DNA of 64,000 bases from Candidatus Poribacteria bacterium (GTDB lineage Bacteria > Poribacteria > WGA-4E > JAJDTR01): assembly GCA_965197465.1 (NCBI GenBank), contig OZ240209.1:3738423-3802422 (forward strand). The letters are read 5' to 3'. The position numbers were made by a program, and so were the translations under genes. The first letter of the stretch is position 1. Every line of letters starts with the position of its first letter. The notes below the pieces were generated by a model, which saw only the letters and a program-made list of their open reading frames with translations, did not search any database and was not told where the DNA came from. This document shows positions 20,594-31,167 of this stretch, in pieces.

Positions 20594-21850
20594 GTGAATC
20601 CAATGAAAACAACGCACGCTAACCCCCTCACAACGCCCGAAGATATGTTGAAGAGCCGAGAATGGACGGGGCGTTTTCTCTCCGATCCCGCCAATCTTCC
20701 CATCTCTTTCGCCTTCGATGGGAAAGCTATAAGTGGTATTCCAAGAGACTGGGGCCCGTGTTCAAGCAGACGCCGCATCGACGCGAATATCGTCGAAACA
20801 GTTTTTGAAGGGGATGACGCTACGACCGGCTTGAACCTCCGTGTTGAGTGCACGCAGTATCAGGACTACCCGGTTGTGGAATGGGTGGCATGGTTTACCA
20901 ACAAGGGCCGTGAACCGACACCCCTCATCCGAGACATTCTGGCAATCGATGAAACGTTCAGCGGTTCTTCGCCCGCGCTGTATCATTGCAACGGTGATTT
21001 CTACAGCGAGGAAGGATACACACCTTGTGAGACGCCCTTGCCAGCAGGAGAAGCGATGGAATTCGCGCCCAACGGCGGCCGTCCATGCAACGGCGCATTC
21101 CCCTACTATCGCATCATGTTCGAGGACTGCGGGCTGTCTATGGCAATTGGCTGGCCCGGACAGTGGGCGGCGAGTTTCAAAGGGCTCGCAGATGGCGTAC
21201 ACGTTCGGGCAGGCCAGGAAAAGACAAACCTACGGCTTATGCCGGGTGAAAGCATCCGCACGCCGCGAGTGCCCCTCCTCTCCTGGTCCGGTGACGTTTC
21301 AAGAGGGGTGAACCTGTGGCGCCGGTGGTATCTTGCCCACATCCTTCCCAGACCCAACGGTCAGTCGATGAAACCGCACTTGGCGTGCGGATGCCCTGGC
21401 GAGGGTGTGGAATTTACGGGAGCCACCGAAGAAAACCAGTTACTGTATATCGAGAAGGCGAAACAGCACGGTATTCCCTTTGATGTCTGGTGGATTGATG
21501 CCGGCTGGTACCCCTGCTACGACGAAAACGGTGAAAGGCAATGGCCGCTAACTGGCACGTGGGAGCCTGATCCCGAAAGATTTCCCAATGGTCTGAAGCC
21601 AGTGTCCGACTGCGCAACTCGAAACAGTGCCGCTCTGTTGCTTTGGTTTGAGCCGGAAAGAGTACACCCCGGCACCAAACTCGATATCGAACACCCAGAA
21701 TGGCTGCTGCGAAGTGGCCACGCTCCGGCAGCAGAAGCGGAACGTGTTAGAGTACCTTTTTGCCGTCTGTCGGCTCAGATTCGAGGCGAAAAGGCCCCTT
21801 CCTTACTTCCCACCATGCCACCCGCCGGTCGACCCAGCGTAGCCCCATAG
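20594..21850 (+). CDS. glycoside hydrolase, melibiase/alpha-galactosidase (GH36)-like, C-terminally truncated
   Basis: 418 aa, versus ~700 expected for GH36. GIPFDVWWIDAGWY catalytic-barrel start. Ends shortly before the cassette inverted repeat at 21852. Confidence 0.45.
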   Translation: MNPMKTTHANPLTTPEDMLKSREWTGRFLSDPANLPISFAFDGKAISGIPRDWGPCSSRRRIDANIVETVFEGDDATTGLNLRVECTQYQDYPVVEWVAWFTNKGREPTPLIRDILAIDETFSGSSPALYHCNGDFYSEEGYTPCETPLPAGEAMEFAPNGGRPCNGAFPYYRIMFEDCGLSMAIGWPGQWAASFKGLADGVHVRAGQEKTNLRLMPGESIRTPRVPLLSWSGDVSRGVNLWRRWYLAHILPRPNGQSMKPHLACGCPGEGVEFTGATEENQLLYIEKAKQHGIPFDVWWIDAGWYPCYDENGERQWPLTGTWEPDPERFPNGLKPVSDCATRNSAALLLWFEPERVHPGTKLDIEHPEWLLRSGHAPAAEAERVRVPFCRLSAQIRGEKAPSLLPTMPPAGRPSVAP

Positions 21851-21960
21851 ACCACCTGAACGGTTACAGGAAGGAAAGGATGGAAGGGAAATAAGGTGTT
21901 CATTGGTTCATTAGCCCATTAGCTCATTTACACAATACGCATGACGTTTCATCAATTATC

Positions 21961-23895
21961 ATGACTCCAAAATCCCTCAAAACTCCCGTCCGTGCTGACG
22001 CCTGTCAAACCCGCATAAAATTTCATGTCCTGCTGATTGGGCTTATGTTGGTGGGGATTAACAGTTACTGGGTACTGATGGGCACCGAGGTCTGGGATTC
22101 GACGCGGCTTACCGTCGTGTCCCTGTTCTTTAACGCGGTTTTCACGCTGCTGATCTTGACCCTGATCAACTTTGCCGCGCACAAGTTCCTACCACGTTTG
22201 GCGATGTCGCAGGCGGATCTGATGACAATCTACGCGATGGTCGTCATGCTGACAACGATCAGCGGACACACGATGATGGGCTATCTGCTGCCGGCGATTG
22301 AGCACGCCTTTTGGTTTGCGTCGCCGGAAAACGAGTGGGAGCAATTATTCGGTGCGCATGTGCCGAATTGGATTGGGATCAAAGATCGCGAAGTATTACG
22401 GGGATTTTTTCAAGGCGAGTCCACGCTGTATACCGCTGAACACTTGCGCGCATGGATGCCACCGGTACTTGCATGGTCGTGCTTCGTCGTTGCGCTTTGG
22501 CTGGTTTTGCTCGCTTGCAGCGTGTTTCTTCGCAAGCAGTGGACGGAAAACGAGAAGCTCAGTTACCCAATTGTGCAACTCCCTATCGCTATGACGAGCG
22601 ATCCGAAAGGCTTCTTCACCAACCACTGGATGTGGATGGGATTTGCGCTTGCGGGAGGAATTGCCCTCCTGAACGGATTAAGTTATATCATTCCTTCAAT
22701 CCCTTATCTAAACGTCAAGGACCAGACGATTGGTCGATTCAGTACCAGGCCGTGGAGCGCGATGGGGCCCATTCGTGTCTCCTTCTATCCGTTCATCATC
22801 GGTCTGATGTTTTTTACGCCCCTCGATCTCTCCTTCTCCTGCTGGTTTTTCTATATCTTTGGGCGCATCCAGCGAATTGTCGGAGACGCGATCGGTATGC
22901 AAAGCATCTACTTCCACGAGCAGTCGATTGGCGCATGGATTGCTTTTGGACTTATCCCGCTCTGGATGGGACGGCGATACTATCTCCGCATCGTCCGGAG
23001 GATTTTCAGCCGGCGTTATCCACTCGACGATCTAAACGAACCGATAACCTACCGATTGGCAGCGATGACGGTGTTGGGGGGATTGGCGTTTCTCGTGCTT
23101 TTCTGCCATCAGGCGGGCATGTCGTTTTGGGCAATTGGGTTGTTCTTCCTGATCTACTTCCCAATGGTGATTGGCATTACCCGTTCTCGTGCTGAGATCG
23201 GCCCTCCGGTCCACACGCTGATCCATGTCGATCCGGGACGAACGATGGTCGCATCCCTGGGGACGCATCGACTTGGAACGGCGAACCTCACGATCCTGAC
23301 CTATCTGTATCCCTTCAACCGCTGCTTCCGCGCCAATCCGATGCCGAGTGAACTGGAAGCTCTGCGTATCGCTGAACGGACAGGGATCGGCTATCGTCAA
23401 CTGCTGATCGGGATGATCCTGGCGATTGTATTCGGGATTTTTGTCACATTCTGTCTCTATCTGCATGTGATGTACGAGATGGGCGCGGCAAACAAAGCGC
23501 GAGGCTGGATCGTCTACATGGGATGGGAAACGTTTAATCGCCTACAGAGGTGGCTCGTCCATCCACGGGATGCAAACAGCGCAGAAATGGGCGGAATCGC
23601 AGGCGGGTTTTTATTCACGATCTTTCTGATGGTTATGAAATTTCGTTTCTTGTGGTGGCCCTTCCATCCGGGGGGTTATGTGCTCACAACAGGTGAGGGG
23701 CTCGGTCGTTCGTGGTTCGCTGTGTTCATCAGTTGGGCAGCCAAAATAACCATCCTGAAAATAGGGGGCATACGTTTGTATCGAAAAGCCGTCCCTTTCT
23801 TTCTGGGGCTCATCCTGGGAGATTACACACTTGGCTGTGTGTGGAGCTTGATCGGAATCGCCTTCGAGATGCCGACATACGGGGTTAATGAGTAA
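21961..23895 (+). CDS. polytopic inner-membrane protein (~14 TM helices), unknown function
   Basis: 644-aa ORF with numerous hydrophobic segments. Stop TAA. Confidence 0.75.
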   Translation: MTPKSLKTPVRADACQTRIKFHVLLIGLMLVGINSYWVLMGTEVWDSTRLTVVSLFFNAVFTLLILTLINFAAHKFLPRLAMSQADLMTIYAMVVMLTTISGHTMMGYLLPAIEHAFWFASPENEWEQLFGAHVPNWIGIKDREVLRGFFQGESTLYTAEHLRAWMPPVLAWSCFVVALWLVLLACSVFLRKQWTENEKLSYPIVQLPIAMTSDPKGFFTNHWMWMGFALAGGIALLNGLSYIIPSIPYLNVKDQTIGRFSTRPWSAMGPIRVSFYPFIIGLMFFTPLDLSFSCWFFYIFGRIQRIVGDAIGMQSIYFHEQSIGAWIAFGLIPLWMGRRYYLRIVRRIFSRRYPLDDLNEPITYRLAAMTVLGGLAFLVLFCHQAGMSFWAIGLFFLIYFPMVIGITRSRAEIGPPVHTLIHVDPGRTMVASLGTHRLGTANLTILTYLYPFNRCFRANPMPSELEALRIAERTGIGYRQLLIGMILAIVFGIFVTFCLYLHVMYEMGAANKARGWIVYMGWETFNRLQRWLVHPRDANSAEMGGIAGGFLFTIFLMVMKFRFLWWPFHPGGYVLTTGEGLGRSWFAVFISWAAKITILKIGGIRLYRKAVPFFLGLILGDYTLGCVWSLIGIAFEMPTYGVNE

Positions 23896-23968
23896 TGTTA
23901 ACCCAAGTTGCCACTTTTTACTCAAGTTTCTGTTCTCATCGAATCGGCAACCCTTTCAACTTTTTGGC

Positions 23969-24030
23969 TGGAAGGAAAGGATGGAAGGGGAGGGAATCGG
24001 TTTCCCTCCATCCTTCCTTTTCTTCCCTTC
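23969..24030 (+). terminator. long imperfect hairpin (GGAAGGAAAGGATGGAAGGGG...CCCTCCATCCTTCCTTTTCTTCC) downstream of the membrane protein gene
   Basis: ~21-bp stem arms, 13-nt loop. Confidence 0.35.
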
Positions 24031-24381
24031 CTGAATTCTGAATCAAGATCGCTAGCCACTGGGTTAAGATTATGGTAACCGTTCAGGTGGTCATGTAGTA
24101 TGGCCAGAAGGCCCACACCACTATATGTTGGGGTGTTTCTCCCGTAGGAACACCAGCCGCTGGCTCGCACAGGTGGCGTCCTACAAGATACGGTAGGGTA
24201 ACGCACTGATACCCCTACAAATTGTGGCATACCCACCTGAACGGTTACATAAAATGAAAGGGCGGATTTTCAATTTAACTTGGAATGGAGAAGGAAATGT
24301 AGCTTCCCTATGGACGGTTCATATCCAACACTGGCACTTAAAATTCGACAGTGCCATCACATTACTTGGAGGAGGAAAAAG

Positions 24382-24684
24382 ATGAGAAGGTTTGTAGTAA
24401 TTGGATTGGTAGTTGCATGTTTATCTTTGTTATTTTTTACCATTGGAGAAACAGCAATTGAGGATAATCTGGTGTTGCATTTGCCTTTCGATGAGGGCAA
24501 AGGCGATCCGGTTGAGGATAAGTCTGGAAAGGGCAATAACGGCGCTATCCAGGGCGGAGCAAAGTGGGTAGAAGGGAAGTCAGGAAAGGCATTAGAATTC
24601 AACGGCAAAGATAGTTTCGTTGAGATTCAGGACAGCGCCAGTCTTAATCCAACTACTGGAACTTTTGCAGCTCCCCTCCTGTGA
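24382..24684 (+). pseudogene. LamG-like domain protein, N-terminal fragment only (signal peptide + ~75 aa)
   Basis: MRRFVVIGLVVACLSLLFF...LPFDEGKGDPVEDKSGKGNNGAIQGGAKWVEGKSGKALEFNG parallels the N-termini of the 41206 and 62857 LamG proteins. GGAGGAG SD. Confidence 0.5.
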
Positions 24685-25162
24685 AACGAGGGTGAAAGTC
24701 GTTGTCTGGCAAAAAAATGGATGGGGATTCTCCAAAGAGACCCGTTCCCCTAATGAGTTTTTATATGAGTTTTTATAATCGAGTTTTGTCAAAAACTTTA
24801 CACACGCCCCTCCGGCTTTGCGCTTGACACTTTTTATTGGTAATGGCATAGTACCTTGTGTTTGTTATTATATCTAGTTTTGGATATTGACTCAACCGGA
24901 TTATGCAAAAAAATCCGTATAATACCCTCGGATATGGGGTTATACGGAAAAAATTCCGTATAATCATGAGTTAAACTGCAAGCAAAACTGCTATAGGCCG
25001 GTGGGTGTCTTATTTAAAAACCTTGAAGTCAAAACAGAAAAAGCACCCCTACGCGGGCCGTCCTGGCCGCCAAGAAAATCTTTGAAACGCTTCTTTTGCC
25101 TGATGGATTTGTTCTACAGCGAATGAGCTATACGGAGTTTTTTCGACCACGACTGAGATATT

Positions 25163-25510
25163 GTGAGATCAGGAGAGGTGGAGACCGTAAAAACAGTACT
25201 CAACGAAGACGCCGATTTAGTGCATGCGATAGACCCTGATGGTTCGACGCCTTTACATCGCGCTGCATGGAAAGGTTATGTTGAAATCGTTAAATTACTG
25301 ATTGATGCGGGTGCTGATATTGACGCTCACAACAACAACACGCATTGGGGAACAACCCCACTTCATGCCGCATCACATGGGAAGCGAACGGCGGTTGCAA
25401 AACTCTTGGTTGAACGAGGAGCTCAAATCAACCTTCGTAGCCCTCTAACCAACTTGACAGCACTTGGACATACCAAGGCTCATAATGCAACGGCGGTTGC
25501 CAAATTTTGA
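25163..25510 (+). CDS. ankyrin-repeat protein (fragment; begins inside a repeat, decayed C-terminus)
   Basis: DGSTPLHRAAWKGYVEIVKLLIDAGADIDAHNN...TPLHAASHG. GTG start without SD. Confidence 0.45.
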   Translation: MRSGEVETVKTVLNEDADLVHAIDPDGSTPLHRAAWKGYVEIVKLLIDAGADIDAHNNNTHWGTTPLHAASHGKRTAVAKLLVERGAQINLRSPLTNLTALGHTKAHNATAVAKF

Positions 25511-25564
25511 CTTCAACATGGTGCAGAAGAATAGAGTTGGCTAACACTCGAAGGGGTTGCTCTA

Positions 25565-27028
25565 TTGGCGTGCCTAACTGCATATAGCAACAGCGGAAGA
25601 GAAATCGCAGCCATGATACAAGACAATGATCGCCCGACCTACCATTACTTGCCTTCGGAAGGTCTTCTTTGGGATCCATGCGCAGCCATCTACTGGAAAG
25701 GTCGCTACCATTTGTTCTACCTGCACAGCTCATGGGCAGAAGCCGGCCCCCCGCGTCGATCCGACGGATACATCTATAAAACTTGGGCCCACATCTCCTC
25801 CCCGGACCTGGTCCACTGGGAGCAACATCCCAACGCGCTCGACCGTGGGCAGACAGGCAACCTGTTCCTCTTCAACGGGACCCCGACCGTCATCTACCCG
25901 CACCCGGACGGGGGAGGTGCCAGCTGTATCGCCACCAATCCAGAAGGTGATCTCATGCGCTGGCAATTTCACCCAAACGATCCCGTCTTGCGCCATCCGG
26001 TCCAGGGGACTGGGCTGTACCCAAGGAGCAACGACGTGACCGCGTGGCAGGAAGGTGAGTGGTGCTATGCGTTAACCGGTACACGCGATACCACAGAGGG
26101 AGGGGATACGCAACACCTGTTCCGCTCCGGCGACCTCGCCGAGTGGGCGTATGTGGATCGCTTCTATAAGTCAGAACGACGATGGACAGGTGCTGAAGAC
26201 GATTGCGCCTGTCCCGACTTCTTCGAGTTAGGGGATAGGTGGATGTTGTTGCACTTTTGCCACCAGCGTCCGTCCGGTAGCAGGTACTACCTTGGCCACT
26301 ACGAGAATCAACGCTTCTATCCGGATACCTTTGACCATATTAACTGGCCAGGTGGCAACTTACACGCCCCTAGGACGATGCTCGATGAGCAGGAGCGCCG
26401 TATCCTGTTTGCCAATCTGAATGAAGGGCGCAATCAAAGTGCGTGTGAGGCGTCCGGTTGGGCGGGGGTCTTGAGCCTGCCCGTCGTCATTTCGCTCGCA
26501 CCGAATGGAAGTGCCATCCGCTATGAGCCGGCCACTGAGTTGCAAGCCTTGCGCCAGGGTCTATGGCAGCGGACCGATATGGCCATCGAGGCCGGCAACG
26601 ACGTACCGCTACCGGAAGTTCGAGGCGACTGTCTCGAACTCGAACTGGAGATGGAACCCAGGGGGGCCACTGAGTTCGGCCTGAAGGTGCGCTGTGCCCC
26701 GGACAGATCCGAAGAAACTCGCGTGTTCTTTTCGGTTGGGCCGCCGGCCATCCAGATTGACTTTAGCAAGGCCAGCCGGCGAGACGATCTGGACTATCAG
26801 ACAGATACCAAGGTCCAGGTAGCTCCTTTCGACTTCGAGCAGGGCGAACCGGTCAAACTGCGGGTCTTCCTCGACCATTCGGTCCTGGAGGTGTTTGCCG
26901 GCGATCAGCGTTATCAGTCCCAGCGCATCTACCCCATCCATCCGGACGCACTGGACGTGAAGCTCTTCAGCCGCGGCGGGTCCACCTTTGTCAAGCGTCT
27001 GAGGGCGTGGCAGATGGGTGGAGATTGA
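25565..27028 (+). CDS. glycoside hydrolase family 32-like protein (beta-fructofuranosidase/levanase-like)
   Basis: RPTYHYLP...LWDP...GRYHLFYL, FRSGDLAEW (RDP-like), DCACPDFFELGD (EC motif). Start possibly Met at 25613. Confidence 0.65.
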   Translation: MACLTAYSNSGREIAAMIQDNDRPTYHYLPSEGLLWDPCAAIYWKGRYHLFYLHSSWAEAGPPRRSDGYIYKTWAHISSPDLVHWEQHPNALDRGQTGNLFLFNGTPTVIYPHPDGGGASCIATNPEGDLMRWQFHPNDPVLRHPVQGTGLYPRSNDVTAWQEGEWCYALTGTRDTTEGGDTQHLFRSGDLAEWAYVDRFYKSERRWTGAEDDCACPDFFELGDRWMLLHFCHQRPSGSRYYLGHYENQRFYPDTFDHINWPGGNLHAPRTMLDEQERRILFANLNEGRNQSACEASGWAGVLSLPVVISLAPNGSAIRYEPATELQALRQGLWQRTDMAIEAGNDVPLPEVRGDCLELELEMEPRGATEFGLKVRCAPDRSEETRVFFSVGPPAIQIDFSKASRRDDLDYQTDTKVQVAPFDFEQGEPVKLRVFLDHSVLEVFAGDQRYQSQRIYPIHPDALDVKLFSRGGSTFVKRLRAWQMGGD

Positions 27029-27150
27029 AGGGAATTGATCAAGCCTATTGCCAAACATCCGTGCGACTGACAAGTGGGCTAAAATTGGACTCGAAGCAAA
27101 CCAGACCAGATTGTTGGATATAGCCCGCCAAGGACGGTGCTTTTTGCTAA

Positions 27151-28008
27151 ATGAGGGTGGCGATGATGATGAATAAACTGTTGGTGTTTCTGACACAAGA
27201 AAAGGTTCATAAAGGCTGGCGCTTCTGGCTGCTGTGGGTTCTGGCTACTAATCTCGGCTATTGGTTAGGTGTGGGCTTGGAGTTGTTACTGTTTGGCCGG
27301 ATCATCAATATTGTCGCTGTACCTTTGGGCGGTATCGGGCAGGCGTACGTTCTCAACCAGCATGCTCTGACCCGATGGGAATGGGCAATTGCTAGCGCTG
27401 TCGGTTGGTGGCTTGGCATGGTACCGGCTAGCTGGCTGCTCACGACATTTGCACCGAACCTGTCATTTTGGCCGTATGCGATTGCCTTCGCACTGATAGC
27501 CGGCACAGTGGTCGGTGTGACGACCCTTTGGGTGTTGCGGCGCACGAGTCTGCGGATTGATTGGTGGTGGGTGCCAGTGAGTGCAGTCGCCGGGCATGAT
27601 ATGGTGTTTCTGTCCAAGGACCAAAACCTTGATGCCTACATTTTCGGCTGTCCGGTGTACAACGAGGAAGCGAGAGGAAAGTTGGAACACATGGGTATGA
27701 AGGTCCCAGAACCATGTGCTTGTGAAAAGAAGGCGGAGTGCTGTCCAAATGCAGAAATGGGCAGAATCTACCGTGTGCCACGTGAGATGCTCTCTCAGAT
27801 TGAGTGGGATAATCCTCAGTTCAGTTACCACTTCAAGCTCGTCTATGCGTTACGCACTAAAATCGAACGCCTCATTGGCCGCATGAAATGCCGCTTCAAG
27901 ATGCGCCATCTCTACAAGCGAGGTGTCGCCAACATCCGAGGGCATATCCTTAAGTTTATGAATCTGATGCATATCCTCGCCAGTGTCACCGGAACCTATG
28001 GCGTATAG
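27151..28008 (+). CDS. chimeric ORF: 4-TM membrane protein N-terminus fused to an IS5/IS1182-like transposase C-terminal remnant
   Basis: C-terminal ...LRTKIERLIGRMKCRFKMRHLYKRGVANIRGHILKFMNLMHI is a typical DDE_Tnp_1 C-tail. Confidence 0.5.
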   Translation: MRVAMMMNKLLVFLTQEKVHKGWRFWLLWVLATNLGYWLGVGLELLLFGRIINIVAVPLGGIGQAYVLNQHALTRWEWAIASAVGWWLGMVPASWLLTTFAPNLSFWPYAIAFALIAGTVVGVTTLWVLRRTSLRIDWWWVPVSAVAGHDMVFLSKDQNLDAYIFGCPVYNEEARGKLEHMGMKVPEPCACEKKAECCPNAEMGRIYRVPREMLSQIEWDNPQFSYHFKLVYALRTKIERLIGRMKCRFKMRHLYKRGVANIRGHILKFMNLMHILASVTGTYGV

Positions 28009-28830
28009 GATGTGAAGCAGAAATCGAGAAAAAGAGAAGCAAAACGCCGGGCGGAGTGTGCCCAAAGAACAAAAAACCAAGAGATTTTTGTTGATAGCAC
28101 ACCATTATCCCTGTCGGAATAATTCTTTCAGCAAGTAACACCTATTACTACATAGAATCCAAGTTTTCGATCCAGAGGATCGGTATGTTGATAGAATGCG
28201 ATAGGTCCAAATTCCGCGCTCCAGCGGAGCGCAATGTGTATAGCGCATCATCAAATAACACTCATTTTTCGCTCTATGGCTAGCTTTGGAGAAAGTGTTA
28301 CTTGAGAGAAAAGCGAAAACTGAGTAAAATGGCCGTCGTATATTTCCCAAGCGACGCGCCGTTTTAGTTTCAACAGATCGAGTTGCGCCATTTCTGCGGT
28401 TGTTTTCATTGATTAGAAAGTCGGTCGGGCTTCCAAACCCGACGATCTCCGCAAAAAGCCAAATGTCGTGTAGCAGCGCGGACCCGACCCACTGCCGTTG
28501 GCGAAAGATGATATAAGCCTACGAAATCACAACTTGTGGGGGTTGATGTCATTGTGAGCCGAAGCCGCAGAATCGCGATCTTTCACAAAGCCTCAAGATG
28601 ACATTTCAAACGAAATCCTTGGCTAAGTGTACCCTTGAACGTAGCAAAGAATCTCAGAAATGGGAAAAAGCAAACCCAATTCCGTATAAGAACTGATTTA
28701 TGACTCGCGAGACGGATGATATCATGATTGTTTTGAGGTGAAATATGCGGTTCATCGACCTAACCATCTAACAAAATGCATCACGACCAATACGGTCTTT
28801 GTAACTCATAATTTGTACAGGAGCTTCCAC

Positions 28831-29850
28831 ATGCGCAATACGAATCGGCAGTGGCAGCTGGTGTCTTACCCAGAAGGCATGCCCACAGAAAGTAACTGGG
28901 CAATGTCTCAAAGCTCCATCCCTCAACCGGGCGATGATGAGATGCTCGTCCGTGCTATTTATCTTGATGTCGCGCCATATATGCGCGGACGCATCAGTCC
29001 GCAGCAGAATTATACAGCCGGTGTCAGCCCTGGCGATCTGATGGTCGGCGGGGCCATAGGTGAGGTCGTCCAGTCTAACGACCCAAGCTATAAACAGGGT
29101 GATATCGTGGTTAGCGGTGCCTTCGGTTGGCAGGACTTCGGGGTGGTAAAACCTGCGATGGTACGTCGGATTGACGCCGATGTTGCCCCGCTCCCCTGTT
29201 GGTTGGATTTTCTCGGCATAAACGGTGGGACTGCGTATTTCGGTTTAGTCGGTGCAGCCGAGATGAAGCCTGGCGATACTGTGGTCATCTCCGCCGCCGC
29301 GGGCTCAGTGGGTCAAATCGCTGGGCAAATCGCTAAGCTCGCAGGCTGTCGCGCCATCGCGATTACCAGTTCCGAGAAAAAGATTGCCTGGTGTCGTGAG
29401 TTAGGCTATGATGACGGCATCAACTACCGTACCGAATCAGACCTGCCAGCGGCCATTGCCAGAGTCTGTCCTGATGGCGTCGATGTGTACTTCGACAATA
29501 CCGCCGGACCTATCCTTGATGCGGTATTGCAAAATCTAGCACCCCATGCCCGCATCACGGTTTGCGGTACGGTGAGCCTCGCCGATAGATTCGATAAGCC
29601 GGATATCGGTGAACGTTTCATGCGCCGAATCTTGGTTTCTCGTGCCCGCATTCAGGGGTTTTTGGTCAGCGATTATCAGCAACATTACGAAGAGGCGTGG
29701 GCACGTCTTCTCAACTGGTATCGCACCGGCGCTCTGAAATGCGAATATGATATCATAGAGGGGTTCGAAAACACCCCCAAGGCGTTTTTACGGTTGTTGA
29801 CGAGCCAAAATCTCGGCAAGCAACTGGTCAAGGTGGATCAAGAGACATAG
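28831..29850 (+). CDS. NADP-dependent oxidoreductase (MDR; YncB/prostaglandin-reductase/2-alkenal reductase-like)
   Basis: WQLVSYPEGMPTESNW...GAIGEV...GAAGSVGQIAGQIAK. AGGAG SD before ATG 28831. Confidence 0.8.
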   Translation: MRNTNRQWQLVSYPEGMPTESNWAMSQSSIPQPGDDEMLVRAIYLDVAPYMRGRISPQQNYTAGVSPGDLMVGGAIGEVVQSNDPSYKQGDIVVSGAFGWQDFGVVKPAMVRRIDADVAPLPCWLDFLGINGGTAYFGLVGAAEMKPGDTVVISAAAGSVGQIAGQIAKLAGCRAIAITSSEKKIAWCRELGYDDGINYRTESDLPAAIARVCPDGVDVYFDNTAGPILDAVLQNLAPHARITVCGTVSLADRFDKPDIGERFMRRILVSRARIQGFLVSDYQQHYEEAWARLLNWYRTGALKCEYDIIEGFENTPKAFLRLLTSQNLGKQLVKVDQET

Positions 29851-29940
29851 AAATATCCAATCAAGCAATCGAGCCGATAGTTGCCAAGAGACAGGGTCGC
29901 CCAGACGTAAAATCATTGCGAATTTTCAAGCGAGATAAAA

Positions 29941-30288
29941 ATTTGACTTTGTCACATTGGCCCCCAGCCCCCAATTCTGGGGGAGTGAGGTGATTTTCTC
30001 CCCCAGAATTGGGGGTTTTACCTTTACCCAGATCTTTTTACTCGGCGATGAAGTCGCCGAGCTACAGAATACGGCGCCCGATGAATCGGGCTTTCGGAGA
30101 ATCTGAAAAGTCCGATTTATCGGACGCAGCCTTGTAGCCCGCTGATTCATCGGCGGATACAAATCCATGCCCACACGGCTTTACCGGAAGATGAAAACTT
30201 GTGGGTAAAGGTAAGGAATTGGGGGTTGGGGGGCAAGCCAACAGTAGCTTTACCGATTATTTCTCGTAATGTGACAAAGTCAAGTTAC
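29941..30288. repeat. ~350-bp MITE-like element bounded by 16-bp inverted repeats TTGACTTTGTCACATT, with internal CCCCCAATTCTGGGGG palindromes
   Basis: 29941-29956 is the reverse complement of 30273-30288. Two copies of CCCCCA(A/G)AATTGGGGG-type palindromes and GCCCGATGAATCGGGC. Confidence 0.5.
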
Positions 30289-30364
30289 TTTCAAGGGGGA
30301 AAAATGAAAACGTATCGCGCCGCTATTTCTAGGATAAAATGCCGGAGGTACTTGGAGGATTTGT

Positions 30365-31153
30365 ATGAAGGCATTTATCGTTTCGCCTGAGCAGAAAGCC
30401 ACGTTCGAAGAAGACGGATTTGTCGTCTTTCATAACGTGCTAGAGAAGGCGGATATACAAGAGTTGATTGACCGTATCGACGGTCTGCTAGAGGGGCGTT
30501 ACGATTCTGATGGTTTTATTGCTGGCCCTGCATCCACACAGACCGAGGAAGATGTGGGCAGGTTAATCAAACAGGTCATGCCGACGACTTGGAGAGATGG
30601 CAGACTTTATATAAAAGATCCGGTACTCAACAGAATTAGCAAGCACCCCACCCTCACATCCATCGCGGCTCAACTTTTGGGCGATGAGGAGGTGTGGCTA
30701 TTCCAACAGCAGGCGCTGCTCAAAGATCCGGGCGATCCGAACCCCACACCCTGGCATCAGGATGACCATTACTGGCAGACCGGTGGCAGAGCTATCACCG
30801 CGTGGTTTCCACTGGAACCAGTTTCTAAAGAAAACGGTACGATGTCACTTGTGCCCGGCAGCCACAAATGGGAAGTTTTGGAACATGTGCGTGCCAAGGG
30901 CGCGAGTCTGTTCAGGACGGTTAAGGAGAACCTAGACAATTCGATGTTCGTCCCGCTGGAGTTGCGACCTGGAAGCGTCAGCTTTCATCACTCCAAGACT
31001 ATCCATGGTGCGTTCGCCAATATGGGGAGTGTCAGGCGAATTGCCTTAGCCCAACATTATGTATCCCCGAGGGATCATCTTCTCCTAGTGGAGAGGCGAG
31101 CCGAAAGGCGAAAGAAGGCAGAGCTCGATAGAACGCGAAAACTATCCCAATAA
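30365..31153 (+). CDS. phytanoyl-CoA dioxygenase (PhyH) family protein
   Basis: MKAFIVSPEQKATFEEDGFVVFHNVL...WHQDDHYW...PGSHKW...HHSKTIHGAFAN. Confidence 0.85.
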   Translation: MKAFIVSPEQKATFEEDGFVVFHNVLEKADIQELIDRIDGLLEGRYDSDGFIAGPASTQTEEDVGRLIKQVMPTTWRDGRLYIKDPVLNRISKHPTLTSIAAQLLGDEEVWLFQQQALLKDPGDPNPTPWHQDDHYWQTGGRAITAWFPLEPVSKENGTMSLVPGSHKWEVLEHVRAKGASLFRTVKENLDNSMFVPLELRPGSVSFHHSKTIHGAFANMGSVRRIALAQHYVSPRDHLLLVERRAERRKKAELDRTRKLSQ

Positions 31154-31167
31154 CCATCGTCCCTCCT

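Larger units (their letters stand above)
21852..24090 (+). mobile_element. 2.2-kb cassette bounded by inverted repeats CCACCTGAACGGTTACA (21852-21868; rc 24074-24090), carrying one membrane-protein gene; a third copy at 24233-24249 delimits a ~190-bp MITE-like unit
   Basis: 17-bp identical IRs plus subterminal GGAAGGAAAGGATGGAAGGG repeats on both sides. No transposase inside. Confidence 0.4.
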
